DNA from: Phoronis australis
Taxonomy: Eukaryota > Animalia > Phoronida
DNA: 64,000 nucleotides
Assembly (NCBI GenBank): GCA_002633005.1
Contig: NMRA01000353.1
Span: 319,625 to 383,624, forward strand
Reading direction: 5' to 3'
Position 1 is the first letter of the stretch. Each line of letters opens with the position of its first letter. Under the pieces are notes generated by a model. That model was not told the origin of the DNA and searched no databases. It saw nothing but the letters and a program-made list of their open reading frames with translations. The translations under genes were made by a program, and so were the position numbers. Positions 51,906 through 64,000 of this stretch are shown in pieces.

Positions 51906-52643
51906 TACTACTATCAAGGCGTGTACACTCCTTACTACTATCAAGGCGTGTACACTCCTTACTACTATCAAGGCGTGTACACTCCTTACTACTATCAAGG
52001 CGTGTACAATCCTTACTACTGTAAAGGCGTGTACACTCCTTACTACTGTCAAGGCGTGGACAATCCTTACTACTGTAAAGGCGTGTACACTCCTTACTAC
52101 TATAAAAGCGCGTACACTCCTTACTACTATCAAAGTGTGTACACTCCTTACTGCTATCAAAGCGTGTACACTCCTTACTACTATCAAAGTGTGTTCACTC
52201 CTTACTGCTATCAAGGAGTGTACACTCTTTACTGCTATCAAGTCGTGTGCACTCCTTACTACTGTCAAGGCGCGTACACTCCTTACTACTGTCAAGGCGT
52301 GTACACTCCTTACTACTATCAAAGCGCGTACACTCCTTACTGCTATCAAGGAGTGTACACTCTTTACTGCTATCAAGGCGTGTGCACTCCTTACTACTAT
52401 CAAGCCGTGTACACTCCTTACTACTATCAAAGTGTGTACACTCCTTACTACTATCAAAGCGTGTACACTCCTTACTACTATCAAAGCGTGTACACTCCTT
52501 GCTACTATCAAGGCGTGTACACTCCTTACTGCTATCAAGGCGTGTAAACTCCTTACTGCTATCAAGGAGTTTACACTCCTTGCTACTATCAAGGCGTGTA
52601 CACTCCTTACTATTGTCAAGGAGTGTACACTCCTTACTACCAT
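51906..52643. repeat. 27-bp minisatellite, ~27 copies
   Basis: Unit TACTATCAAGGCGTGTACACTCCTTAC with variants. Confidence 0.95.
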
Positions 52644-53639
52644 CACGAGAGCATTGCCTGGGGATGCCTTATTATTGACCAGAGCAGTATGGCTTGTTTT
52701 TCTTCAATGTGGTCTCTAAATTAAAGAATCAGTATGATATTTGGCTGCATGTTTGGTTATTAATACACTGAATAGAGGCGAGAATTGATCAGTAAAGAAA
52801 AACAATTTCACCACTCTGCCCTACTTTATGTATAAACACACATTTCCAAGTCCAGATAGTGTAGGTTTACGGTGTAAATTTTGGTCAGATTTTGACAAAA
52901 GGGACAATGTATCGAAAATTAATGCATGCACACGTGGTTACAGTTTGACACTTAGAGGATCTTGCCAACTGTAGCAACCGATGTGCGCGGTCTACGTGGA
53001 AAGATTGTAAGTAGCAGTAAAATGAAAATAAGCATATTCTGGTGTGAGTTTCGAAGACGCAAAAATCTAACTAAGGAAGCTAGTGTGATCACGTACATCA
53101 CTTGGAATGCATGGCGATATCTTTCGAAGTTTGAGTTTTTGCGAGGTTCTCGCCTCTACGGAACGCCCGTTTGGTTCTGCTGTACACTCCTTTACAGTTG
53201 TGGAGTCCTCCCCGAGGTCGGAGATGGGTCCGCTAACCTAATTGTTTGTAGGCGTACAATTTTAGGAACATGATCGTGAAAGTTTACGTTCCCATTCGCG
53301 ATAATCTGGTTAGAAGGTTTCGTTGTAACCAGCAGCAACAAAAATGGCACTTTATTTTCAATTTGAATTGTTGTGACAGATGGTCATGCCGGGGTTAATT
53401 TTGAATTCCAAGTTCTCTTAAAATTAAGCAAGAGGTCGTATTTTTGGGAGTTATTGTTACAAAAAGGGTTATGTACCTCGGGGTTTTGTATAGAAAACAA
53501 CATGTTCAACATGACTTTATACACAATCAAAATCTTACTTCCTCTTCTTTACTTAAGTTCGAAGCTCAAGCAGTCTTATCTTAAGACAAAGTGCGATTTT
53601 AATTTAAGGACGACTGAGAAATGTCTGAAACGTCTGCCA

Positions 53640-53905
53640 ATCAGATGGTGTCGACACGACCATTCTTGATTATTTTGAGGTGTACAAACTCAAAGATTTA
53701 AGAAGTAGTTGGAACAAAAAACTCAGGAACTAATTAACCCACTTAAGCTTGTCTCTCGTCATCTGAATTCTACACATTTAGAAGTTTTGTTCAAATCCTT
53801 TGTACTTCCACACATTGATTATTGTGATATTATATATCAGTCTGCCAATACGGGTGCACTCCAACATTTGGAGAAGTTACAATATCAAGCCGCCTTACTC
53901 ATAAC
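53640..53905 (+). mobile_element. CR1-like LINE RT C-terminal fragment
   Basis: LFKSFVLPHIDYCDIIY...LEKLQYQAALLI. Confidence 0.7.
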
Positions 53906-54574
53906 NNNNNNNNNNNNNNNNNNNNNNNNNNNNNNNNNNNNNNNNNNNNNNNNNNNNNNNNNNNNNNNNNNNNNNNNNNNNNNNNNNNNNNNNNNNNNNN
54001 NNNNNNNNNNNNNNNNNNNNNNNNNNNNNNNNNNNNNNNNNNNNNNNNNNNNNNNNNNNNNNNNNNNNNNNNNNNNNNNNNNNNNNNNNNNNNNNNNNNN
54101 NNNNNNNNNNNNNNNNNNNNNNNNNNNNNNNNNNNNNNNNNNNNNNNNNNNNNNNNNNNNNNNNNNNNNNNNNNNNNNNNNNNNNNNNNNNNNNNNNNNN
54201 NNNNNNNNNNNNNNNNNNNNNNNNNNNNNNNNNNNNNNNNNNNNNNNNNNNNNNNNNNNNNNNNNNNNNNNNNNNNNNNNNNNNNNNNNNNNNNNNNNNN
54301 NNNNNNNNNNNNNNNNNNNNNNNNNNNNNNNNNNNNNNNNNNNNNNNNNNNNNNNNNNNNNNNNNNNNNNNNNNNNNNNNNNNNNNNNNNNNNNNNNNNN
54401 NNNNNNNNNNNNNNNNNNNNNNNNNNNNNNNNNNNNNNNNNNNNNNNNNNNNNNNNNNNNNNNNNNNNNNNNNNNNNNNNNNNNNNNNNNNNNNNNNNNN
54501 NNNNNNNNNNNNNNNNNNNNNNNNNNNNNNNNNNNNNNNNNNNNNNNNNNNNNNNNNNNNNNNNNNNNNNNNNN
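53906..54574. other. Assembly gap
   Basis: Run of N. Confidence 1.
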
Positions 54575-56037
54575 CGAAGACACTCTCTATAACAAGTTAT
54601 GTCTATACAAGGAATGACCAAGGGGGCACTCACATTGAGAAAGTGACCGCATTCGCGAAAAGTGTACAGTACAAGAAATTGCGGAGAGGCTGTTCTTTCA
54701 CAACAAAGTCTTGCGGGACTCGTGCGATGTTCAATAGGCCTCCTAAGGAGCCCTAGGGCCGACCTCAACACCTACCGTCTGTCTACCTGCAATAACCACA
54801 CTGCCGTCTTCTATACTGGGAATTTCCGCAGAAAGGCTCACCCGATGAAACGCTCATGCCCATGGGCATTTGTTTGATATTAGTACTTCGGGTTTCAAGT
54901 GTTCAGACATTGGCACGTTTATTTCGAAAATTGCAAGAGATGCAAATAGGTCCTGGGATGCTTCGTCAAGGTTTGAAGTAGTACACGATGAACGGATCAA
55001 ATTTAGTTGCGCATATAAGTCTTTCGAATGGACTTGGCAACCTCAAGGGTCTTAGTGTTAACTGAGCTGCGAATCGAGATGCTGACATTGTAGAGGCTTA
55101 CAAGCTCATTGACACAGCAGTTGACGAAGTGCAAGCGTTGGGAACACACATCGAAGACTGGGTAGAATGGTTCCAAGACGAGTAAATCTTTGGATCCGAT
55201 ATACAAATTCCTCGGCAGTCTAGACAACAGAAGGATAGGACTAACGTATGAGTAACCACTGGGGATTAAAATTTTAGAGAGAAGTTTTCAATTCAAAATT
55301 TTTTGCATAGTACACTTTAGGTCTCACGACGGACCAGGCTAGCTTGATTTGTGTAGATGTTGAGTTTCAGTGTACTTCTGGTCCCTCGGCGAACTAGTCT
55401 TTTTTTACCAAAGTGTGCTTTGTAAAACTATTTCTCTCAGCCAGTACTGTTTGGTCCCGCGACAGATCGACTATTTTTATAGGGATAATAAGCACAGGTG
55501 TACTCTTGGTCTCGTGACGGACCAGGTCAGCTTTTTGTGTACTCTCAGTGTACATCTGGTCCCTTTGCAAACTAGTCCAGTGTATCTTTTCACCACTGTG
55601 CACAGGATGTTTTGGTTTCGTGAAACTGTTTTCAGATGATTCGCTTCCTGATAGATTTGACGTTTCTCAATTGTTGTCAACGTGATTCAGCTTAATAAAG
55701 TGATGCCTAATTATTTATTGTCGCTTTTAATAATAGACTATGAGTTGAGAGCACCATCGTTCGCCAGTTTTTCTCGTAACGAGACAGAGCACATGTTTAT
55801 TTCGGACGAACAGTACAGGTCTTCGTTATTAAACAACTTGAGGCTGCTGTTACGTGATCATCTGATATTCAAGTTTTTACGCCCCGTCGGTGCTCCTTAA
55901 TTATATTTGGAAATTGTCTAAACCCCTGTATACACACCACGCTTTTTCGTATACGACTTTTCGTATGCTAAAAAAGGTGTGTGTAAGCAGATGTTCCAAC
56001 AAAAATTTTTGCTGGTGGCGTGACTCATACCCAGATG

Positions 56038-56853
56038 TGCACGAAACTTATGTGCCAAGTTCATGTGACGAAATCGAGAACGGTTTTTAATTATCTTAAG
56101 AAAAACTCCAGAGACATGTTAAGTGACAGAAACTTACCAGGATGCATGGAAATTTCACTACTTGGCTACAAAAACAAAAAAAAATAACTTACACGTGAGG
56201 GGGAACCCCCTCCCGACCTCCCACCGCTCGGCGCTACTCGCCTAGGATTGGACCTTGGCGGGAATCCTAAACCCCCCCTTGCTGAAAACGTAGATCCGCC
56301 ACTGCAAATTTTGCATCGGTGAAAGCGTCTAACACCCCTCCCGGTAGACTTGCTTGTTATCCCCACCGTGACACGCGAGACATCAAATGTTCTAAAATCA
56401 TATGCCGTGAGCATTATTCTTGCGGATGGACGCTGTGGGTGTCATGTGGCCATCAAGAGGCCACAGCCGTTGTCTTTGTCTGTGATCAAGAAGTTCAGCC
56501 TCGCCCACAAGCTTCAAGATAACGCTCATCGGTTGATTTTTAAGAGAGCCACAGCCTTGATGTTCATCACCCTGATGTGCACAATATGGTTTCACGAAAC
56601 TTATGTGCCAAGTTCATGTGACGAAATCTAGAAGGGTTGTTAATTATCTTAAGAAAAACTCCAGAGACATGTTAAGTGCCAGAAACTTACCAGGATGCAT
56701 TGAAATTTCACTATTTGGTTACAAAAACAAAAAATATCTTACACGGGAGGGGAAACCCCCCTCCCGACCTTCCCCCGCTCGGCGCCACGCGCCTACGATT
56801 CGACCTTGGCGGGAATCCTAAACCCCCCGTTGCTGAAAACGTAGATCCGCCTC
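56038..56853. repeat. Two direct ~265-bp hAT-like MITE ends flanking the dispersed repeat
   Basis: 56038-56304 and 56592-56853 are highly similar, both ending AGATCCGCC(A/T)CTG. Confidence 0.8.
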
Positions 56854-57092
56854 TGATGTTACTAGCTTTTGCTCTGTGGTGGTAGTACTGCGTCATTTTA
56901 TTTCGACTTGAGAATGAAACAAGCACGTTTTGAAATATCGTGTGTCTTTTAATCATGTCTCTCGTTCAGTATACTTTACCAATGCTCTATTGAATGTCGA
57001 ACTTCATTCCGAAGATATTAACGGAATGGAATAAAGATAGTCAACACCGACAAGTTTTGCATAACAAAAAACCTACTTCCCACTTACAGCAA

Positions 57093-57137
57093 GTATGTAT
57101 GTATGTATGTATGTATGCATGCATGCATGCATGCATG
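57093..57137. repeat. (TATG)n-(CATG)n microsatellite
   Basis: Direct reading. Confidence 0.9.
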
Positions 57138-58611
57138 GTGTCGCAGGGTGTCAAATGTTAATTGCAGTTTAGCCGATAACCCCTATGAAAATAATAAAAA
57201 CTAATTTCATACACGTTTTATTAAGATTTCGCTTAATCGCTTAACCTGCATGTACAAACAGGTGTTTTTGCCAATCACTCAATACATAAACGATAATGCA
57301 TTACAACATAAACGTTATCTTCCAAACTATAGTAAGATACAATGTACAATTAGCAAAACGTACTGATTCAATGAAAATCATGTAGGGAGATATTCAACTA
57401 CATGTACGTATAACTGTTATGGCATTTTGTTAAATAAGAAAAAAATCAACCAATCACAAAACTAATAGCGTAACTCGTTCAACGAACTTAAACATGGCGG
57501 ATCAGAATATTTACACAGACCACGAGGACTGTCAGTTTAATTGAATACATGGATATGTAAATATAAAGCGGCGTGGAAATATAGATCGCATACTTATATT
57601 CATATATGGCCAACAGGTGGCGAGTGTACCAGACTTACAAATGTTTGCGATTTATTTAAATACGTTAACCATTGTACAAAGTAAATTCAAATATTACAGA
57701 TTTCCATAAAACTGCGTTACAGGCAGCGATGAACCACATAATAAAAATACAGAAGCGCCAATCAAATTCCATTTTTCACGAAAGTACGGTAACCGACCTA
57801 AATATTCTCGCTGGTGCTTTCCTGAACAACTGCTGAATGACTCAGTAATGGCACAAACACACCTGAAGGCCAGCTATTTATGTAAAGGTCTATTTTACTG
57901 AAATAAACTATACATATATATGATTAAAAAGCATATACATCATATACATATAGCTTACCCCGCATACATAGGCCTAGGAATACCACTGTCATATCCTATC
58001 TCGAATTCATTTCATGTGGGAATGTCCCAACGAGAGCGAATGTCAAGTGGGGACATTCCCAGATGAAATGAATTCGAGATAGGATGGCACAGTAGTATTT
58101 CTATGTATGTGGGATAACCTATTTGTCCCATATATATGAACTTATTTGCACAATTGGCGCAAAACTTTGTTGCCGTGTGCTCCGGCTTGTTGTTATATGA
58201 CTTCATATGGATGCCAAATACGGTGCCCAAGACTGATATGTGAACGTGTTGAATAACCAGATAACCAGCAAAGATTTATTTCCTAATAAATTGATTAGAT
58301 TTTTCAGTTTATGAAATATACAAGTTAAAGTACTGAACCATTCAAAATATCGAAAGTTTGTCGGAAACTTAGAAACAATCTATCCGGGAATATAAAAGTT
58401 GAAACATATCCCTGAAAAGTTGTGCAGCAGTGAGTCGTTTTAGCTTCGACGAATTTCTTGTTTTTCTTCGTCTAGTTTCGTGTCTTAGCTTTTGGACTGT
58501 AAATAGTAATAGAAAGATTTCCCCGTGTTGATCACAGCATTGGAAAATAAGGGTGGAAATTGTGCTGATTTGCAGAACTTGAGGTACGGACTGTGTCGCA
58601 AAAAGCAGATT

Positions 58612-61290
58612 TATGGTCGACACATGTCCCGAATAATAGATAAATGATACGTGCGTCGCAAGCTCGTTACCAGAGATGAAAAGGAGACCGAGGTAGGCGA
58701 TATAAGGCCATTTATTATGACTAATACAATTACAATATAATGAATATAGGTAAATAACATAAAAATGGTAATCTCTGGTAAGATGTTCAATAAAAAAGCG
58801 CCGGTCACGTGAAAGTACGAGAGAATGACGAAAACTGGGAGGTAGAGGGTGGGAAAAATTAATAAGTTTTGGAACGTACGAAAATGTGGCCCGAACAAAG
58901 GTGAACTGAAAGCGAGGTTACAATAACAAAGAAAAAACGCCTAAGGACACGTAACAATCATCAGCCTCTAAGAGCCAATAGCTGACCAAACTCGAGGCAC
59001 GTGATAGCAACAGACCATTACGAAGGCTGAGGAAACGACGTGTAGTCCTACACAAAAGAATAATGGAATAGACCGAAATGAGGGGAAAGGAGTAAGACGG
59101 GCCCATGTGCTCACATAAATATATTTAACGAGTGAAATACCATTTATGATCGACATATGTCCCGAATAATCGATAAATGATACGTGCGTCGCAAGCTCAT
59201 TACCAGAGATGAAAAGAAGCCCGAGATAGGCGATATGTCATTTATTATGACTAATACGATTACAATATAATGAATACAGGTAAATAACATAAAAGTGGCA
59301 ATTTCTAGTAAGATGGGCAATAAGAAAGCGCCACAAGAGATATTGTAAGACAGCTCATGCCCATCCGCAGGCACGCACGAAAGGGGAGAAATGAAAGGAA
59401 AGATGTGCAGGACTACTCACAAACGAAGTGGGAGGTGCGATTGCCCAGGGCTGGAACAGGTGCCGGTGTCGTCTCACCCCGTGTCGTGGCGGGAAGAAAT
59501 GAATATAGATAACAAAAGTGAGAAAGAACGAAAATATGATACAACAACTAAAAGGTAAGCTAGAACTTCAAAAATAGTGAAAACCGAGAAACATAAGAAA
59601 CGTGGAAGGAGCGATACGGAAACGCAAAGGAAGAGAAACTAAAAAAATAAAAAACAATGAACAGTAGAATCAAAACAGATAACAGAGAAAAACAACATAG
59701 CTAACATAACAGAAATAAAGCTAACAATAGTTAACTAAAGGAGGTAGAGTAACAAGGTAAAGATAAATGAACACAAAATATAGCCAGAGGCCTAACAAAA
59801 TGGCTGACAGGGAGTAAATACTGACTAGTAAGGTAATCGAAGAAATAAAAAAAGACAAAATAAACTACAAGGGAGAAGGAACAATGTACGGAAACGAAGG
59901 GGACGGTGTGGATGGGAAAGGTGCAGGCAATACTGACACCGGGGATGTGAAGGCGGCGGGGAGTGGAAGGTGCAGGCAATACTGACACCGGAGGGGAGGT
60001 AAAGGGTGGTGGTGTGGGGAAGGGAGGTGATGTGGGAGACAAGAGAAGAAGGGGGAAATCAGGGACGAGGTGCGGGGAAACTGACATGCGGATGTAGCCC
60101 TTGACGGCGTCAGACTTCCAGCGGCCCATGCGTTGGATGACGGGTTACGGGATGCCGAGAGCAGCAGCAAAGGTGGCGGCGCCGATGCGGAAACTGTAAG
60201 ACTTGTAGAGGGAGGGGTCAAGGGAGGCAGAGATAATTACGGCATTGAGAGTGTGGGTGAAAACGGAACATGTGACTGGGGAGGAGTCGGCGAGACGGAA
60301 CTGGGGCCGGGAAATGGAGGGATAAGGCCAGATAGGTCCGGAGGTGGGCAACGGGACAATAAGGAGAGGGATAGGAAGGAATGTGAAAGGTAACGGGGGT
60401 GGAATGGTGGTGTTTGAAATTGGAGATAGTAACAGTCATGTAGGGAGGTGACTGAGGAGCGTTGGAGGGTGAGTGATGGATCGGAGGAAAGGGAAGGTAG
60501 CGTAAATTCGCCGATGCGCAGGAAGGCGTGGAACGCGAGGAGGACATTGGCCTTAAAGAGGGCAATAAGGCAATGTTGAAAGGATTGCAGATGCAAGACT
60601 TGATAGAATCGATGAGGGAGGTGAGGATTTCGTAGGTGATGGAAAGGTGGGTATCGGAGGAGGGGCGTGATTTGGAAACTCCATGAAGGAGTTTACGAAT
60701 GTAGAAGGAGGAGGTAGGGTCAAGGAGGGAGTCGAGCTTATGGACGAAACCGAGAGCCAAAGTATAGGAATGGATGGTGGAGGACGAAAAAACCAGAGGA
60801 GTAGAGGTGGGCGATGTCGGAGGACAGAGTAGCCGGGGACACGGAAAACGGGGGTCGGAGGGGGGAGTGGGTGGAGTGGAAGGAGGTGAAATGATGAACA
60901 ATGCGGGAGTAAGCGCTAATAGTAGCTTGTGCGAGGGACGAGGAGAGGAGGTGGTCTAGAATATGAAGAGGGCCGGAGGGATGGGGGTTGGGGTCCTGTC
61001 GAGCCACGGAGAAGGCGTCCTGAAATTGAAAATGAGAGAGCCTATCAGCGACAAAGTTGGATGATCCGGAAACATGTTTAGCACGAACAATGATGTTGAG
61101 GCGAAGACACGAGACGGCGAACAAGTCGCATAATGTCCTTGTTGACCGATGAAGATATGTTGATGATCTCGACCGCGGCGGAATTGTCGCACATGAAAAG
61201 GAGGCGGTAGTTGACGAGTTTGTGACTCCAAATCTCGATGGAGAAGACGATTGGGAAGAGTTCTTTGAATACGATGTGAAGAGTTGTATA
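58612..61290 (-). mobile_element. Ngaro/DIRS-type tyrosine-recombinase retrotransposon, 3' half (RNase H, YR, split direct repeats)
   Basis: ELFPIVFSIEIW...FMCDNSAAVEIIN...AKHVSGSSNFVADRLS (RNase H); AFHAFLRIGE, YSFRIGAAT, MGRWKSDAVKGYIR (YR); direct repeats 59143-59370 and 58612-58802. Confidence 0.88.
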
Positions 61291-61739
61291 AACATTCAAG
61301 TCTCTAAAACTGTCGATTTTATTTAACCCTATGGACAAAATTCCTAAGGGTCTACGGTCCAGGGTAGTGAACAAATTTATCTGTGCTGGATGTGGCTCCA
61401 GTTATATAGGCGAAAATGTTCGCCATTTGGAAACCAGGACCAGGGAACGTCTAAATTCTGACAGAGGTTTACATGTAAATATTCATCTACAGAGCTCCAA
61501 TAATTGTTATCAGCAATGCTCTTTCAATGACCTCGCAATAATAGACCAAGCAGAAAAAACAAAGGAGGTAAAGATTCGTGAGGCTCTACACATCAGTAGG
61601 TGCAAGCCCAATCTCAATAGGCAATTGGCACACCACAGGTTGTCATTGTTGGTGTAGTTTATTGTCACTCCCCGTAACTGACGGTGTCTGTGTTTCATCA
61701 CTTGTTGCTGGGCCTAGCTAGGTGGCCACTATATTCTCT

Positions 61740-61786
61740 ATACTGATGATATTTTTTCAATAAATGACACCGAAACATGTCAAGTC
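61740..61786 (+). ncRNA. Minimal hammerhead ribozyme-like motif in Penelope pLTR (probably degenerate)
   Basis: CTGATGA (61743-61749), CGAAAC, palindromic ACATGT, GTC triplet; stem II imperfect. Confidence 0.5.
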
Positions 61787-61810
61787 TTTTTTAAACCGTA
61801 GTTGTTTTTA

Positions 61811-61814
<4 letters not shown>

Positions 61815-61881
<67 letters not shown>
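61815..61881. repeat. (TA)n microsatellite
   Basis: Direct reading. Confidence 0.95.
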
Positions 61882-61884
<3 letters not shown>

Positions 61885-62852
61885 ACCTACTGATGTTCAT
61901 TGGATTTTTATTGCACTGTTGTGATCTAAAGACAAGATCTCTATTTAGAGAATTTGAAAGAACTGAAATTAAACTCGTAAATGTCTTCAATGAAATATGT
62001 ATGCGAGAAAGATTTCCGCCAAATTATAGTATATGTATATGTAAATGTATATGTATGTATGTAATCTCTGAATTCACTTTTGGAAAACCCAGACCCAAGT
62101 TCAGATGCTACTGAGTTGATGGGCATGACATTGATGAATCTCCTCTCCTCTGAGCACAGAACTCCAGACTTGGAATGCCACTCCGATCTCGCGGCAGCTG
62201 CGGTTGTGGCGCACATGCGTGAGAGTTGTTTTCATTCGTTTGTTCGGGTGTGTGTACTTGCAATGGAATTTACTATCATGAAAACCAAGGGTGTTACCAA
62301 ATTGCCAAAAACAAGTGGAAATGAACCAGTGGTTTTATAAATGACTAGTTAAGGCATAAGGGATTTAATTTCATTAATTCAAAAGATTTCTACCCCATAG
62401 AGATACTAGTTTTAGAACATGGATCCCTCGCATTTGTTGTAGATAATTTAGTCAGGCATACGCCCATGATAATACATCTTTATATATTATAATTAATTGG
62501 ACCTTTGGAGCCGTTTGATATAATTAAATTCTTCAGTAAATATTCAGAATGCAGTAAAATTTACAAAAAATGCGTAGCTTTGAAATCTACTGTGGATAGC
62601 TCTTCATATTGGTTGCAGTGTAGAACTTTCGACAAAAATTTAGAAATAAACTTTTCTTCAGAAAGTAAAAGGTAGTGATCCTGATACCTATAGACTGTAG
62701 TGTATGTTGCCGTAAACAAGACATTTCATGGACATAGGTTAATACTACAAATAACAGTTGGCCTACTGGTCAGAAACAGAATTAATAAAAAACGGTATCT
62801 GAGCAACAGGTGTATATTGGGAATTATAGAAACAATTGAAAACAGTAATGAA

Positions 62853-62898
<46 letters not shown>
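62853..62898. repeat. (CA)n microsatellite
   Basis: Direct reading. Confidence 0.95.
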
Positions 62899-62900
<2 letters not shown>

Positions 62901-63499
62901 CATACACTTAGGTAAGTAATTGTGAGTAATTTTTCGAGAGTTACGTAAACGCACCTGTTTTTAGGGCCTAAACTTTTCATTTAGGCCAAATGTAACTTTT
63001 TCAGTAAAATACTCTAACATGATTTTAACACCCAATAACGTTTTGTTGAAAAACTCCTGGCACGTAGTATGATAGGTTGTCGAAAGTGGTTCAACGACTG
63101 GAACTGAAACCATAGTAAAGGCCACACAACTTCCGGCATCCACCTAGGACAACAGGTCGGTGCGTATAAAGAATGATCTGTAGGGTTTTGTAGGGTTTTG
63201 ACAAATTTTGACGAAACATCGCTGATTGTATGGAACCGCACCTCAAGAGCCTCACTTGATGAAGAATAATAACAAATTGAAAATGAAGCTATGCAATTAG
63301 GCTAGATTTGATGATTATAAAATGCAACTCCGATCAAAGCTTAATCGAGCAGGCATAGCTGGAATTGGGACCATTCGACGAATTCTTCTCGCGGTGTCGC
63401 TGTTGTACTAGTGGTGATTGAATTGCGCATGTGTCGCTGTCTGCATGTAAACAGCTGGTGCAAAGACGGAATTGTTATCAAAATACGTCGTCGTGCCAA

Positions 63500-63810
63500 G
63501 CCTCATTATTGCTATTTTCCGGGGTGCAAATCTTCGACAGGTGGTCAAAAAATTTCCAAAAGACCTAAGGTTACTACAGGCATGGAGAATTGCGGTGAAA
63601 GAGTCAACTAAGTGACAAAAGTGTGTGGAGGCCCCATGTGTGCTCTATGCATTTCCATTGAGAGACTACATAATCACGTTACTTGGTAAGTTTTTAGCAA
63701 TTGGTTTCTATCGGCAACGTTCAGTGATGTTATCCCCACCAGTTACCCCACTGAATAACGGGTTTATTCAATGGATGTAAGTCTTTCTTTTCAGAAACGC
63801 ACCCTGGACC
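63500..63810 (+). pseudogene. Degenerate THAP-domain gene or transposon remnant with an intron
   Basis: HYCYFPGCKS...KFPKDLRLLQAWRIAVK...VCSMHF across frameshifts; G|gtaagt at 63686 and ttttcag at 63793. Confidence 0.6.
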
Positions 63811-64000
63811 TGGATGGTAGGCTAGCACTGTAGCAGCACATAATGTTCTGGTGGGAGTGCACCCAATACAAGAGCAACGCAGAGCGTTGAAATGCGTCCA
63901 CAATTGCACCGCATACGGTATCCTTCTAGGGTTGTTTATTGGTACCATAAAGTGGCCAGTAGAGGGCATATATGTAGTATGTTGTACTTTGCAAAATGGA

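Larger units (their letters stand above)
61295..62030 (+). mobile_element. Penelope-like retroelement 3' fragment (GIY-YIG plus pLTR)
   Basis: VVNKFICAGCGSSYIGENVRHLETR...KIREALHISRCKPNLNRQ; downstream hammerhead-like core, (TA)n, and repeated ORF start (RSLFREFER...FNEICMRE). Confidence 0.88.

Noticed and set aside
51811-52719. Long ORFs, including a Tyr-rich YTPYYYQGV repeat resembling adhesive proteins
   Set aside because: These are by-products of a 27-bp minisatellite: open in several frames on both strands, with no signal peptide or gene context
55370-55639. Possible next CASD1-like exon (YFWSLGELV...)
   Set aside because: Wrong phase for the 51340 donor, and it is part of a local tandem duplication (55320-55400 vs 55509-55580)

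Overview
Eukaryotic (metazoan invertebrate-like, AT-rich, scaffolded) genomic DNA, mostly nested and decayed transposable elements, with two N-gaps (37815-38423, 53906-54574). Two spliced host genes can be rebuilt by hand on the + strand. (1) An N-acetylneuraminate lyase (NPL/DHDPS family) gene: 8 coding exons from 1573 to 15749, all GT-AG and phase-consistent, start exon not found. It keeps the catalytic core but has an altered sugar-binding site. (2) About 7.9 kb downstream, the first three exons of a CASD1-like (sialate O-acetyltransferase family, GDS motif) type II membrane protein (23647-23770, 46103-46298, 51160-51340); the rest is in a gap or beyond the window. Two sialic-acid-pathway families side by side is the main candidate system. 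TE content: Penelope (with hammerhead-like motifs), Academ, Gypsy gag plus LTR, THAP-bearing TTAA-flanked Kolobok-like elements, CR1/L2 and Tx1/L1 LINEs, an Ngaro/DIRS tyrosine-recombinase element, MITEs and minisatellites. A ~3.4 kb TTAA-bounded inversion (39592-42982) abutting a transposon end is supported by several independent junctions. All assignments are from manual reading and recalled motifs; no database searches were run.
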